From Lama guanicoe (lineage: Eukaryota), in assembly GCA_013239625.1 (NCBI GenBank), contig MU053588.1:2490508-2554507 (forward strand): a stretch of 64,000 nt of DNA. Direction: 5' to 3'. Under the pieces are notes generated by a model that did no database searches, had not been told where the DNA came from, and saw only the letters and a program-made list of their open reading frames with translations. Of the stretch, positions 1 through 22,271 are shown piece by piece (the first letter of the stretch is position 1; each line of letters opens with the position of its first letter). The translations under genes were made by a program, and so were the position numbers.

Positions 1-720
1 AGGGTGTGGCCCCACGGGACTGGCCTGGGAGCTGACACTGCTGGGCGGGGCCTCGTTCACCCTGTCCTCTCCACCTTTGGCCCCATGGCATCCTCCCTAC
101 TCCTGGGAGAACTCTGCTGACCCCTGCAGACCAAAACCACGGCCAAGTCCCGTGTCAGCACTGTGACCAGCACAACCTTGTTCCTCGGGCACCAACCTCA
201 GCCTCGGGACTTCCTCATCTGCCCTTTACCCTTTTCTGTCTCCTTCCTCCTAGCGGACTAGACTGCGGTGGCAGGAAGGACTTTCAGATGGAGAAGAAGG
301 CTTGGGAATCAGCTGCCTCCCTCGGGAGGCCCCCAACCCTAGCCTCTGCCGTGAAGAGGCCCTGCTTTGGCCTGAGGCACAGGGTGGGTGGGGCTACTGG
401 CCACCACCTTGGGCCTGCAACCTGGTCCAAACCAAAGACCCCAGCACCCTGAGGTGTCCTCCTCCTGCACCTAACTCTGGGTTCCTGGCCTGCAAGGCTG
501 GACGTGGGGAGGACAGGCACCTCCCTCTCCTTAAGCCAAAGCTCTAACGTGGTCTTCCAGGGCCGAGGTGCGCTCCTTTTCTACTGACTATCTTTATACT
601 TATTTATACGTGAGAGGTAGTTGTTAGGTGGGGCAATGCTGGGGAACAGGAGGCAAAATCAGTGCACCGTCTCCCCCCCATGAGGACACCCCAATAAACA
701 GCACATTCAGAGTCAGTTTT
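1..720 (+). other. ITPKC: Probable 3' UTR and polyadenylation region of the upstream gene (ITPKC by synteny)
   Basis: No credible coding exon. AU-rich TTATTTATA at 600-608, AATAAA at 693-698, then a GT/T-rich stretch. The gene name rests only on the known order ITPKC-ACTMAP-SNRPA. Confidence 0.55.
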
Positions 721-1931
721 GTGGAGTCTTCTCTTTTGCATCACGGGTGTGTGGGCTCAGAACTCATAATCTGAGCATTAGTGATGGGGCAGTGAGGGGA
801 TCATGACTGGTTTGGGGTGGAGGCAGGCTCAGGGCAGGCAGGTTCATTCACCGGTGTCACTGAGCTGCTACTCTGGTGCCTGGCTCTGTGCAGGGGAAGC
901 AGCAGTGGCCAAGACAGCTCAGTTCCTCCCCTCTCAGAGTGGATGCAACAGGTATTCGTTAAATGGTAATCTAACTGTATTGGTATTATCTGGTTTGAAT
1001 CCTGTCCCTGCCACTTGCCAGTCATGTGACTTTAGGCCAGTGACTGCACTTCCCCAGGCCAGTCTCTCCATCTGTCAGATGGAGAGGATCTAGTACCTTC
1101 CTTATGAAGCTGCAGGATTTGATGAATTAACAGGGGTAAAGGGATTGGCACACTAACCAGTCTTAAAGGCATTTGTTTTTTGTTTTTAATCAGAACAGGT
1201 TGGGGAGGTGCCTAGCCCAAAGGCTGAGGAATGTTCCCTGAGGAAGGAGCCAGGATAGAGAAATTTCAGAGCTATCTTTAGCAGAAGCTCCAGGGGGAAC
1301 AGAACACTCTAGGGACCTGAAAGGCCAGAATCTCTGGCTGGTGGCAGGAAGTGTGAGGAGGAACAGCCTGGGGTGAGGGAGGTGAGCTGGGGTTGGGAGT
1401 TTAGTCCCTATCCTGCCAGAAGTGGCAAGGCTGCTGGCAACTTCTCTGGAGGGGAGTGGCGAGACCTTGGTTTGCCTTTTTAATGGCTTCCCAGCTCCAT
1501 GTGAACAGACACTGGGAGGCAGCAAGGGGTCCGGTGAGGAGGCTTTTGCAGAGAGAAGGCAGTGGTTTAGAAGGTGGTGGTCACCAGTGAGAAATGGGTG
1601 GAAGCAACACTGACATGGGTTGGACAAGATCTGGGGACTGAGCCAATCAGTCTCTTCTGTGTAGAGGAAGCCTGCCTGGCTCCTGGCTGTAACCCCAGCC
1701 CACAGAGTAAGTGGGTGGTGGGCTTCGGGGAGGAGGAGTTGGGGTGATGCCCAAGAATGGGACTGGATGGATTCAGGGGGACCCTGTAAGAAGGAGCTCT
1801 GGTTGGAGATCCTCAGAGATCCAGCCCAACCCTCGGGCTGTGGCACAGGGGGAGGAGCTGGGGCGCTCTGCAAACGTGTCAAAGCTGGGCTGTGGCCAGG
1901 TCCTGTCACCCTGGTTCGGGGCTGCAGCAGG

Positions 1932-4900
1932 CTAGTGGCTGGAGTCCTGTGGTCTGAGGAGCAGGGCCTGGCCGCAGAGGCCGGCCCGCAGCCCGCCAGC
2001 GGGCACCACATACTCCCGGCCATCGGCGGCCCGCGAGGGCGAGAAGTCCGTCAGCTGCAGGTTGCTGTCCCGGACTTGGTCGTAGTCCCACAGCTGGTAG
2101 TGCCAACTCTTGCCCTGCTTGGAGAGAAGGTAGACGGCTCCTGGGGAGCCTTCCTCCAGCACGGATGGTGGCTGGTGGGGCATGCCGGGCTCTGGGTGGA
2201 ACAGGCCTGGCAGCTCGGGGTCCTCCACGTAGCCGAGGCTAGGCACAGCCTGCACACCCAGCAGGACCCCTGGGAGGAGAAGGGGAGGCTGTGAGTAGGA
2301 GCTGAGCACTGATGAGGTGCTGGGGCTCACTGGGTGCCCCGATAGTCGTCCAAGGTGGGCCCAGCCTCAATCACCCCATTGTCATGCAGAAGTCAGCAGG
2401 GGTCAGCAGGCAGAGAGCCGGCTGGATTTGGACCCATGGTGTTGGGTTCCGAGAGCTGCAGGCATTTTACATCCCGCCTCTACAGCCTGTCAGTACAGGG
2501 AGGTGGCAGGGTGGCACTGAACAGAGGAAACATCGTGACCCACTGGCCTCCAGGTGTCCAGGAAGGCGCTGCTCAGAGAGGCGCCCTCGAAGTCAGACAG
2601 CCATGCACACAAGGAGGCCTCCATCCAGGCCACCTGATGTGCCAATCTGGCCTTCTTTCAGGCAGATGGAAAGATGACGATGGCAAATCATAGCTAACGC
2701 TTATTGGGACGTGTGACATACCAAGTACCATTCAAACGGTTTTACTTCCTCTGCCAATGAGATTGATACTATTGTCACCTGGGTTTCCAGATAGGAAAAT
2801 GGAGGCCCTGGAAGTGGCTGGACCAAGCCTGCAGCTCAGACTGTTTGATTCCTGTCCTCGTTCTGAGTTCCTGTCTGTGGAAAGCCCGACTGGCAGACAC
2901 TGAGGCACCTGCTGCCAGCCAGGCCCCCGCTAAGGACCCTATGGGGACAGAGATGGCCCAACCCTGGTTCCTGCCTCGAGACCAGTGGGAAGGTGAGAAT
3001 GTGAGGAGGGATGACTGGGCTGGGGAGATTCTGGATGAGGGCACAGGATATGGGAGAGGGCACCCACCTGTGCTCACTGCCCAGTGGGCCTTGTGGCCCT
3101 TCCGCTGACATGGCTCGTGGTTGAAGTCCTCATCGTAGCTGGCACTGGGGTTAAGGCCAAAGCTGTGGTGTGGCCCTGGGACCCACCCTTCTCCATCCCT
3201 GCCCAGCTCCCATCCCAGCTGCAGGATACGGGATTAGCAGGGGATGTCCGGCAACAAGGTGCTGTAGGACATGGTCTCTGTTAGGCCCACCCAGGCCACC
3301 ACAGAGCACCTCTGCCTGGCAGCCCAGTGCCTCCTGGGCCAGCCTGCCCATGTCAGCCACTGCAGGGACAGAACAGACAGAGAAAGAGGGATCACCGTGG
3401 GCCTGGCAGCATGCCAAAGGCTTTCTGGAATCAGTGCCCATAACCTTCACCTTGACCATCACCTCTCTGTACAAATGTAGGAAGTGAGGCATAGAGAGGG
3501 TAAGCTGCTTGTCCATGGCCACACAGCAGACAGTGGCAGAGCTGGGCTGGGAACCCAAGCAGTCTGGCTCCAGAGTCCACCTAGTAACACTCCGCTCTAC
3601 TGGATGGGGAAGGGCCCAGAGAATGGAACAAAGTCCCCTCATGCACCTGGTGTGTCCCAGCCAACTTCTCCAGTCCCTTCCTGCAGAACACCTGGCTTGA
3701 GACCCTTCCACACCCAACTTACCGGAGAACATCTCCCCGTGGGCCGTGTAACCCCTCTCCATGGCCACCTGCACCACTCTCTCCAGGGGGATGCCGCTGT
3801 GGGGTGCCAGGAGGGTGCCTGCCATCCACAAGGCCACTAGCCCACACCTGGGGAGAGAAAGGCCCAGCCCCTCAACCCCTAAGTCGTGTCTTTCCTGGGC
3901 CCCCTCTGCCCTGGAAGCTGGAGTGTGGGGAACAGGTCTGATGCCCTAGGGGAGCTCCCCTCTCCTCTCCCAGGCCGAGTAGGGAAAGACATCACCTGGG
4001 CTTCCAGGAGGAGGAGAGATGACGGACCAGATTCGTTTGTTCACTTGCTCCTTTGTTCCAAATGTTTACTGCATGTGCACCCTGACCTGTAAGTTCCCCT
4101 TTCCCTCCCCTCCTCCTCCTCCTCTCACCTTCTCCCCAGGTTGCCTGGGATGAACCAACTCTTCCCACCCTCCTGGATCAATCCTCATAGAGCCTGGCAA
4201 GGGCACAGGCTCAGAACCACGGCCTGCCAAAGGGCTGGGGTCCTGGGTCAGGGTACGTACTGAGGGCCTTCTTGGATGAGGGAGGGCACGTCAGCACAGA
4301 AGAGGATCCACTGCAGGTCACTTCTGAAACTGAATCACAGCCACACTTAGGTCATGCGGGAACCAGCTCCTAGAGTCCCCGCACTGAGGTCTGGCTGGAA
4401 GTGGCGGGATCGAGGGACGGTGAAGGGGAGGAACACGGGCTTGGCTGTCCTGAGGCCTGAAGAAGCCTTAGCAGGGTCAGACTCCCTTCACCCCTGATGA
4501 GACACTTTCCCTCTGCAGCCTCAGCTTCCTCATCTGCTCAGTGGGAATCATTCTTCCGGCTGCTCTTTCTCTCAGTTACTGATGGGGCAAAGAGCAGCTG
4601 TGCAAAAGCCGCAACTAGCAGCCAGGGGGATTTATTTATTAGAGGAAATTTCTTGAAGGGCTGTCTCTACATCACTGATGAGAAACTTAATCCATAGTCA
4701 ATCTAAGAAAAGAAGGGAAATTTTTATTCGAGCCAACCTGGGAACTATAACTCAGGAGACAGTCCTTCAGAAAGCTTTGAGGACTGTCCCGCCATTAGAG
4801 GTCAAAGCAGGTACACAAATTTTTGAGACGAAGGGTTAGTTATACGTCAAATGGCACATTACTGACAGTTCACTCAATCCAGATGTGTAAGTACAAAGCA

Positions 4901-6850
4901 AGCTGTGGGTCATAGGTCATTGTGGCCCCTTACAAGGTCAAGGAAGGTTGTTTAAAAAAAGAAGAAAAAAGATAAAAAGAACAAAGGTTGTCTCTCCTAA
5001 GAGTTGTGATCCTTGATGAGATTAAGAAGGAATGTTCTTCCCTAAGGAGGTTTGGTTAATGCAGATGTACAATATACACTAAACGGGAGGGAGGAGGCCC
5101 AAACGGGAAAACAAAAACTTTATGTTTAAATTTTTCTCAGTTTACCATAAAATAGGAATTTTATTTCATCAATATCAAAACTGTGGAAATTTTTCCCTCT
5201 CAAGCCAGTTTCTCAGGCAGTTAGACAGGGTTGAAATCTCTTCACTCAGCCTTGAGCAAAACCAAGTAACATCTGCTCCAGGCCTAAGCCATCACCTTGA
5301 CAGAGTCCTTACAGGTCAGCCCAGCCCTTCCTTAGGGAGGCCACTCAGAATGTTCTGGTGACCCCAATCCTTCTCCCACCTCCCACCCTCCCAGGGCTCA
5401 GGAGGTGTAGAGTAAGTTACTTATACTTCTATTTCAAGGCAGGTGAAAGAGCAAGGCCCAGGGGTGGGGGGCACCCTCCTGATGAGAGGAGACGATATAA
5501 TGGCCCAGTGGCCAAAAGCCTGGAGCCTGGCTGCCATGCCAGAGTTGAAACTGGGCCCTTCCTCTTCTAAGCACTGTGGCTAAGTGACTTTACCTCTGTG
5601 AGCCTCAGTTACTTCATCTGGAAAATGGAATAATAATAGTTCCTGTCTCATGGAATCGTTGAGAAGATTAAATAAATTAATAAGTAAAAACACTCAGAGC
5701 AGCACCTGGCACATGGTAGATGGGCAGAAATGGGTGGCGGTTATCTGCATTATGTTTGTCTTACTATGGTTGGTCCGTTTAGTGCAGATTTCAACTTGTC
5801 TAGAGGGCTGGAAGTTTCTTCTGAGTCTGGGCAGGTCACTTCTCTCTCTGCCCTTCAGCCTCAACCCAGGTCTAGCTCCCCACCTGTCCTGCCTCGCTTT
5901 CTGGGTGTCCCAGCTTCCTCCCAGGCCCCTAGACTCCAGTCCCTCACCTCCACTCCTCAAAGGCAGCCTTTCTTCCTCCCCAGAAGGGCACAAGGCCCTT
6001 CCACAGTTCCCAGTGCCCTCAGGACAGTCCACCTGCCTTCACACGGCCCCTCCCATGCCCTGTGTGGTCTGCCCACCTGGGAAACCCCACGTTTGCCACC
6101 TACTTGGTCCTGTTAAAGAAATATTTGCAGGTCCTTGAAAAGAACATCTCTTCATTTCACTCTGGGCCTGGGCACAAGCTGTTTCCTCTCACCACACACC
6201 CCTGCAAAACTTGCTGAACAGCACTCAAGGGTCCGCCCCACCCTCTCCAGGCAGGCCCCACTGACTCCCAACCTGCTGGGCTCCCTCCTCACAGCTCTGA
6301 CCACTCTGGGTGGTCACTGCCTGGTGAAGGGAGGGATCTGTTTCTCCCACTGGACTAGATGCTTATGAGGGTAGGATCTTTCCTTATTGTTGAAGGTACA
6401 CCACCACTGAAGGGGTCTAAGTAGAGGGCTGTAGCAGTCAGGCCCTCTGACCTTGAGGAAATAAATCCCAAGAGGAGATGGCTGAAATGATCTGGGAACA
6501 GGTGGTTTGGTGTGACCCCAGGTGGGGGCATGGGGACCCTACCGGTCCTTGTGCAGCTTCAGGAGCCTCTGGACGTCCTCTCTGCCCCTGGGGACCCGGC
6601 CGTCCTTCTCCAAAGCCTCCTTCAGGAGCTGGCTCTTCTCTAGGCCGAAGACATGAGGGGGCGCAAACGCCTTGGCAGGAGGTGGAGGCGGCATTGGGGG
6701 TGGTGGGGGAATAGGGGTCTGGAGGCTCGAGGGAGAGGGTGGAAAAGTTAAATCCGGGAGATCTGGGGGTAGGGGAGGAGGTGGAATGATAGGGGCCTGG
6801 GGTGCAGGGGCTCTTGGTGGCTCTAAGGGAGGAGAGCATGGAGAAATCAT
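1932..6850 (-). CDS. ACTMAP: Actin maturation protease (C19orf54), 346 aa. Coding exons 6543-6850, 4261-4329, 3723-3847, 3230-3359, 3068-3138, 1932-2269
   Basis: Exons total 1041 nt in one frame with GT-AG boundaries. Proline-rich N-terminus (MISPCSPPLEPP), then LIQEGPQCGLVALWMAG, YDEDFNHEPCQRKGHKAHWAV and SKQGKSWHYQLWDY, ending at TAG 1932-1934. Candidate ATTAAA signal on the minus strand at 1185-1190. Confidence 0.93.
3139..3229 (-). other. ACTMAP: U12-type (minor spliceosome) GT-AG intron in ACTMAP
   Basis: Donor GTATCCTG; branch motif CCTTAAC about 11 nt before the AG; no polypyrimidine tract; 91 nt long. Confidence 0.85.
4676..5171 (-). mobile_element. Probable solo LTR in an ACTMAP intron
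   Basis: AT-rich ~500-bp block with inverted termini TGATGA...TCATCA and a minus-strand AATAAA at 4723-4728. No clear target-site duplication. Confidence 0.55.
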
Positions 6851-7960
6851 TTTGGGGTTTGTGACTTGGACTGGAAGGTCGAGAATAGAAGGATCCTCCA
6901 AAATGTGTTGGTCTAGGGATGGGGATTCTGAAGGTTTTGGAGCTGAGTTCCAGAATCTGTGCGCTGAGCAGTGGGACTGAAAAAACCGGGGCTAAAATTT
7001 GGAACTTTGGGAGCAGGGACTGAGGCTAACACAAATCATAAGAAATCTGAGGGTTAACGGGGTCCTTTAATCTGGAACCAGATATGCGGTTGGAGATGAG
7101 TTGCAAGGTTCAAGGAGCGAGGAGTTAACTTCTTATCTCGGGCTAGATTTGGCAACTTGGAGTTGAATTTCAGGACATAAAGGCTCAGACCTCGGGTGAG
7201 ACGCCTAAAGTTCGTAATTCAGGGTCCCAGAAGTAAAGACTAGGGGAATTTGGGATAGATTCCCCCCTCATATCCCAGACCCGAGTTTGGAACCTTAGAG
7301 CTGACCTTTGAGTCACAGGTCAAAAGGTCACCTCGCTGGGAAAATAGCCTAGTTGTGGAGAAAAGTCCTGAAATCAGAGCGAACAGGAAGAGTCTCGTGG
7401 GTTGGTGAAGGCTCAGAGATAGGAGCTCGTTGGGAGCCGCGATACGGCTGGAATAAGGAACAGAGTCGGAAATTAAACGCGTCTCCGGGCCCCGCAAAAT
7501 GGCGGACGCAGCGCATGACCTTTCCCAAATCCCGTGGTAAGACATGAAACTCGTGCCCGCCCCTTTAGCGATCACGTGACAGAGAACTCGAAGCGGTGGG
7601 GGAGAGGCGGAGCTACCAAAGAACTGCCTCCGGGGAGACTGCTGAAAGAGCCGCGTCCGGATTGGCAAGAAGCGCCTGAGGGGGCGCGGCCTTCACTGAT
7701 TGGTCCGTAGCCCCGAGAGTCGCAGAAGGAGTAGGGCTTGCAGGAGTGGGCGGAGCTTCTCCTGAGGCGGGAACCTAAGTGTCATTTTGATTGGCAAGAT
7801 CTGGGTCCGGGAGCAAGACTTACTCTGATTGGCTACGCTACCGGGTTTCCACGCGGGGATTGGCTTGTAGAAAGAAAAAGGCGGGACCAGGAGAGGAAGT
7901 TTTTGTGGTCGGCACTCAGCAACACAGCGGAGGTCGCTTACGGGTGCTGCGACTCTGTCG

Positions 7961-17892
<9,932 letters not shown>

Positions 17893-17963
17893 CACCCTGT
17901 TCCCATGCCTGCCCCTGCCCCCTGTCCTGGGGCCACCCCTCCCTCCCTCGGCTCAGTCCCCTG

Positions 17964-17972
17964 AAGGTAAGT
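17964..17972 (+). promoter_or_regulatory. SNRPA: U1 snRNP-binding 5' splice-site-like element in the SNRPA 3' UTR
   Basis: AAG|GTAAGT in the terminal exon, upstream of the PIE. Confidence 0.75.
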
Positions 17973-18017
17973 CCCCCTCGGGGGCTTTGGAGCCGTGTGT
18001 GAGTGAATGGTCGCCAC

Positions 18018-18080
18018 ACAGCATTGTACCCAGAGTCTGTCCCCAGACATTGCACCTGGCGCTGTTAGGCTGGAATTAAA
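18018..18080 (+). promoter_or_regulatory. SNRPA: U1A polyadenylation inhibition element (PIE) plus ATTAAA signal
   Basis: ATTGTAC 18023-18029 and ATTGCAC 18049-18055 within pairing arms ACAGC/GCTGT and GTCTG/CAGAC; ATTAAA at 18075-18080. Confidence 0.95.
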
Positions 18081-20844
18081 GTGTTTTTTTGAGGTTTGTT
18101 TTTTCACAAACATTTGTTGTTTTGATTTTCTTGTCCTCTGTGTTTCCCTTCTCTGCACATGAGAATATTCTGGGTGTTTGGGGATTGCAACCTTGGGAAA
18201 ATACACAGAATAGTGTAACAACATTGTCGAAACTGAAATTCACTTACTACTTTGGCAGATTTCTATTTCACCTCAATCAACATTCAGGGCAGGAAATTGA
18301 AACCCAGGCTGCCAGGTACTGTTGGGCAGGTTCTGTACTGCACAAGGATGCCACCTTTCATGGCTCACCGTTCACTCTGTAGATTTGTATGTTTACTCCA
18401 ATCATTTTCTAACATGATAGAGTGTTAAGGAAGAGATTTTTCTTCAGTGTTTTCTACACAAAAATGCCTTCTGTCCTACGAAGGGTCCCACAGAAACCAC
18501 TCTCAGTACTTCAGGAAGAAAGAGAAGGGAAATGGGTGTGCATGAAGTCACGGGAAGGGTAGTAGGAATGGCAGCTTGGGTTGGAGACACTTGGTCCACA
18601 GATCGTTTGTACTGTCCAAGTTTGCAGCCTAGAGCTGCAGTCTGTAGAGTTCAGCACGATGTCACTGCTGCTACTAGGAGTGCCCCAACTGACGTGATCA
18701 CACAGGGGAAGGGCCCTTGACCAGGTGCTGGTGCCAGAAAGGTAGCCGCCTCACACACGGCTGCTCTCCCTTGCTGGCCAACCTCCAACCAGGAGCTTCG
18801 GGCAGGCGGGTGAACCCAGTTCTCTGGTGTCCTAGCTGTGGGGGGTTCTAGGAAGTGTGGTTTCTGGCTGGACAGTCATGTCCCAGCTGAAGCTGTGGAT
18901 AAGAAGGGGAGGTTGAACAGGGGGACCTTAGCAGTCTGTCACACACCTGACCTGGAAAGTTTTAAATTGACTCAAAAAAAAAATATATATATATATAGCT
19001 TAAAACCCATTGTCATACCATATAGATGGGAAAATGAGATCACTTGCCAGAAGTAGAAAATTAACCACAAAAATAAATACAGAGAGACTGTTAAATTCTC
19101 TGGATATTTTTTTGAGTGTGCCAAGACTCAAGCCCCAGCTCTGCTCTCTCCGTTAAAAGCGAACATCAGTGTTTGACACACTGAAGACTTGTGGCACCAA
19201 ACTCACACTCTTGTAGGATCTGAAAGACTGAAAGGGGAAGAGGGCGATCGCCGCCTTCCCTAAAAGGCAGTGTTCTTGCAGACGGCGCGAGGGAACACTA
19301 GCAGCCACGGGTTTGTGTGTCGCACCTAGTTTCTACTGTCTGCTTGGGGGTGCTCCCCGGCTGCTGCCCTCACAGGCGATTGATGTCCGCACTCTGAGCT
19401 TCATTTTCTTCCTGCGTAAAGAAGAATCTTTATTAATACTGTGGTGTTTTTGTACTCGCTACTCCAGCCTACAAGCCTTCCCCCGCCCCCCCCTTACCCT
19501 CCCCCAACCCCTGTGCCAGGCATTTAGCAAGCACTTAATAAGTTCAGCAAATAACTTGCCAAGCCCCTACTATGTGCTAAATACTGTCCTTGGCATAGGA
19601 TATGCAGTGGTGAATGAAATAGACAAGCTGTTTTCAACTGCTGTGTTCTGATACAAACAACTGACGATGGGGTGGTCGAGCTGGGGACCAGTAACCGGGG
19701 TGGTCACGGGAAGCCCCTCTGAGGAGGTGACATTTGAGGAGAGCTGTTAATACTCTTGTACTTGGTGCTGGGTGTTGAGCATGTAGAGGTGACTTAGGCC
19801 CCATCTTTGCTAGAGATGATTTCTTCCCCATCCCAAGCCTGTGTGTGTTCCTCCACTTCCCCCTGAACTAAAAAAGTTTGGACTTGGAGCCAGCGTGAGA
19901 ATACTTCTGAGGGAAGAGGTGGCTGTTGAGGCGTGTGGATCTCTTTGAAACACAGTTTTAGAGATGAGACTTGAGTTCAGATCCTGCCACTCTGACCTTG
20001 GGCACCTGACTGAGCTCTAAGCTCAGTAGTGCTGGGTGTGGACCTGGAACCAAACTTGGCCCCACCGCTTCCCACCTTGGACACATTCCTTAAGGCTCTA
20101 CACTTCCATTTCCACGTAAAACCGTGTTTTGATAGCCCCCTTTGAAGGGGAGGCAGACTATACATTTGAGCTAATAAAATAAAGATACGTGTGGTGAATG
20201 CTCTATAAATAACCACTAGGATAGTAAACAATAGAGTTTTATTTTTCCTATTTTAAACAGGAGAAAGGTGAGGCTCTGAGAGGAGACATAACTTGGCTTG
20301 GGTCACCCAATCAGAAAGTGGCTTATGAGGATAAGTAGCAATTGTGGCAGGACATTGCCTAGCTTAAGGCCCAACATACAATACTCTGCTTGGGAACTGG
20401 GGTTATTCCTGGCAATCAAAGGGCTGCCTTGTTCTCCTGCCCCTCAGCACAGGAAATTCCAAGGTGGTTTTCCATACTGGCTTCTTTCGTTCTGTCTAGG
20501 GGGACAGCAAAGGGGCTCAAGTCCCCAAGCTAACTCAAGAAAGATGGAATTGAATATCTTAACTTGCCCAACTGGGCCTCTCTGATTGCTGAGGGGGTGG
20601 CTGTCACTTGGAGTGGCCTGGGCTACCTTGGGCCTATCTGAGCATTTCCTAGTGTTGGCTATCCTCACCCTGTCCTTAAAATGGTTCTGGCTGTGTAGCA
20701 GCCTCTAGGTGGTGTGGGTAAAATTTGGGACTGGTTTAAGGCGGGGACAAGAACACAGGTTTCCTTGTGTTGTTGGAGAGGGAGGGCAGGAGGAAACTGG
20801 AGACCCCATTCCTCTCTTGGTCACTCTCTTGCTCAGAGTCCATG

Positions 20845-22128
20845 ATGGCTTGGTCCCTGGTGTTTCTTGGTATCATTTTGCTGTCTGCCTTCCCAGGGCC
20901 TAGTGTCGGCGGCCACCTCATGCCCAAGCTGGCTGACAGGAAGCTGTGTGCTGATGAGGAATGCAGCCGTAAGAGCTGGGGGTTGGAGGGCTTGGGGCTT
21001 GGGTTGCCAGTCTGTGCGGATGGGGCTGTCATTCCCCTTTATTCCTTCCCCAGACCCCATCTCCATGGCTGTGGCCCTTCAGGACTACGTGGCCCCCGAC
21101 TGCCGTTTCCTGACCATACACAGGGGCCAAGTCGTGTATGTCTTCTCCAAGCTGAAGGGCCGAGGGCGGCTCTTCTGGGGAGGCAGCGTGAGTCTTGGGA
21201 GAACAGAAGAGGAAAGGGTGTGGGGCTGGGGTGGGTACACCCTAATTTTCACCTAAAGGGAAAATGTGAGGGGGGTGAACTGAAATAGAGTTTGCAGGGT
21301 TGGGGGGAGATTTTGTTATCTACTTTTTACTTTGCTGAGCAATTATTACGGCATCTACTATAGTGCCAAACTGTTCTAGACACTGAAGGTAAAACAAAAA
21401 TTACCCCTTTTACTCTAATGGAAGGAGACAAGCCATCAAAAAAAAAAATCAAGTATGTGCTGCTTGGAGAATTAATATAAAGTGACTGGGTGACTAATTA
21501 GCAAGGGGTTGTCAAGGAGGACCTTCTAGCAGTTGACTTGAAGCTGAGATTTGAATGACAAAGATGGAGCCAGCTAGTGTAGATCAGGAAGAAAAGAGTG
21601 CAGAGGTTTGTAGCAGGAGTGAGCTTGGCATTTTCCCAGACCCTGGCTTTTAACTCCTCTTCCCCAGGTTCAGGGAGATTACTATGGAGACCTAGCTGCT
21701 CGCCTGGGCTATTTCCCCAGTAGCATTGTACGTGAAGACCAGACCCTGAAACGTGGCAAAATCGATGTGAAGACGGATGTGAGTGTCTTAGGGGCTGGCA
21801 CGGATGTGGGGGGAGGACCCTTGGATTGTGGTGATGGGCAAAGATGCTCCTACCCTTGGCTCCCTGGCATACTAGCTGTGTGCTCGGGGACAAATTTCCT
21901 GCCTTTTCTTACCTGTAAAATGGGGAATGATTTCTAAGTCCTAGTCCAATTGACAGGTGAAAAAATTAGAGGGCTCTAGGCTAATTTGCATAGCACTTGT
22001 GTGGCCAAACCTGGCGCCTGCGGCTGCAGCATTTGCTAAAACCACTAGATCCTTTGTGGTGTGACCGCTGGTTTTCTTCCCACTGTTTCCCCTTTCTTTT
22101 TCAGAAATGGGATTTCTACTGCCAGTGA
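20845..22128 (+). CDS. MIA: Melanoma inhibitory activity / CD-RAP, secreted SH3-like protein, 130 aa. Exons 20845-20968, 21054-21187, 21668-21778, 22105-22128
   Basis: Signal peptide MAWSLVFLGIILLSAFPG, then MPKLADRKLCADEECSHPISMAVALQDY, LFWGGSVQGDYYGDLAARLGYFPSSIV and KWDFYCQ*. Total 393 nt. An in-frame ATG also sits at 20842. Confidence 0.97.
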
Positions 22129-22271
22129 GAGCCTACCGCTGTCCCTGCTGTGTGTTTTTTTTTCCCCCTCGCCGGCTTTATGCAAATACACCAGTTAAGT
22201 GCAAACTGTGGGTCTCTGTGGTCTTTGTGGTGGGGATCTAGAAAGGAAATGTTTCCCCAGGTATCTGAATC

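Noticed and set aside
1190..2023. 277-aa minus-strand ORF
   Set aside because: It overlaps the ACTMAP last exon out of frame and runs into the GC-rich 3' UTR; no recognisable domain.
6851..6901. In-frame N-terminal extension of ACTMAP in the ORF track (MEDPSIL...)
   Set aside because: It starts at TTG, not ATG; the recognisable N-terminus begins at the ATG at 6850.
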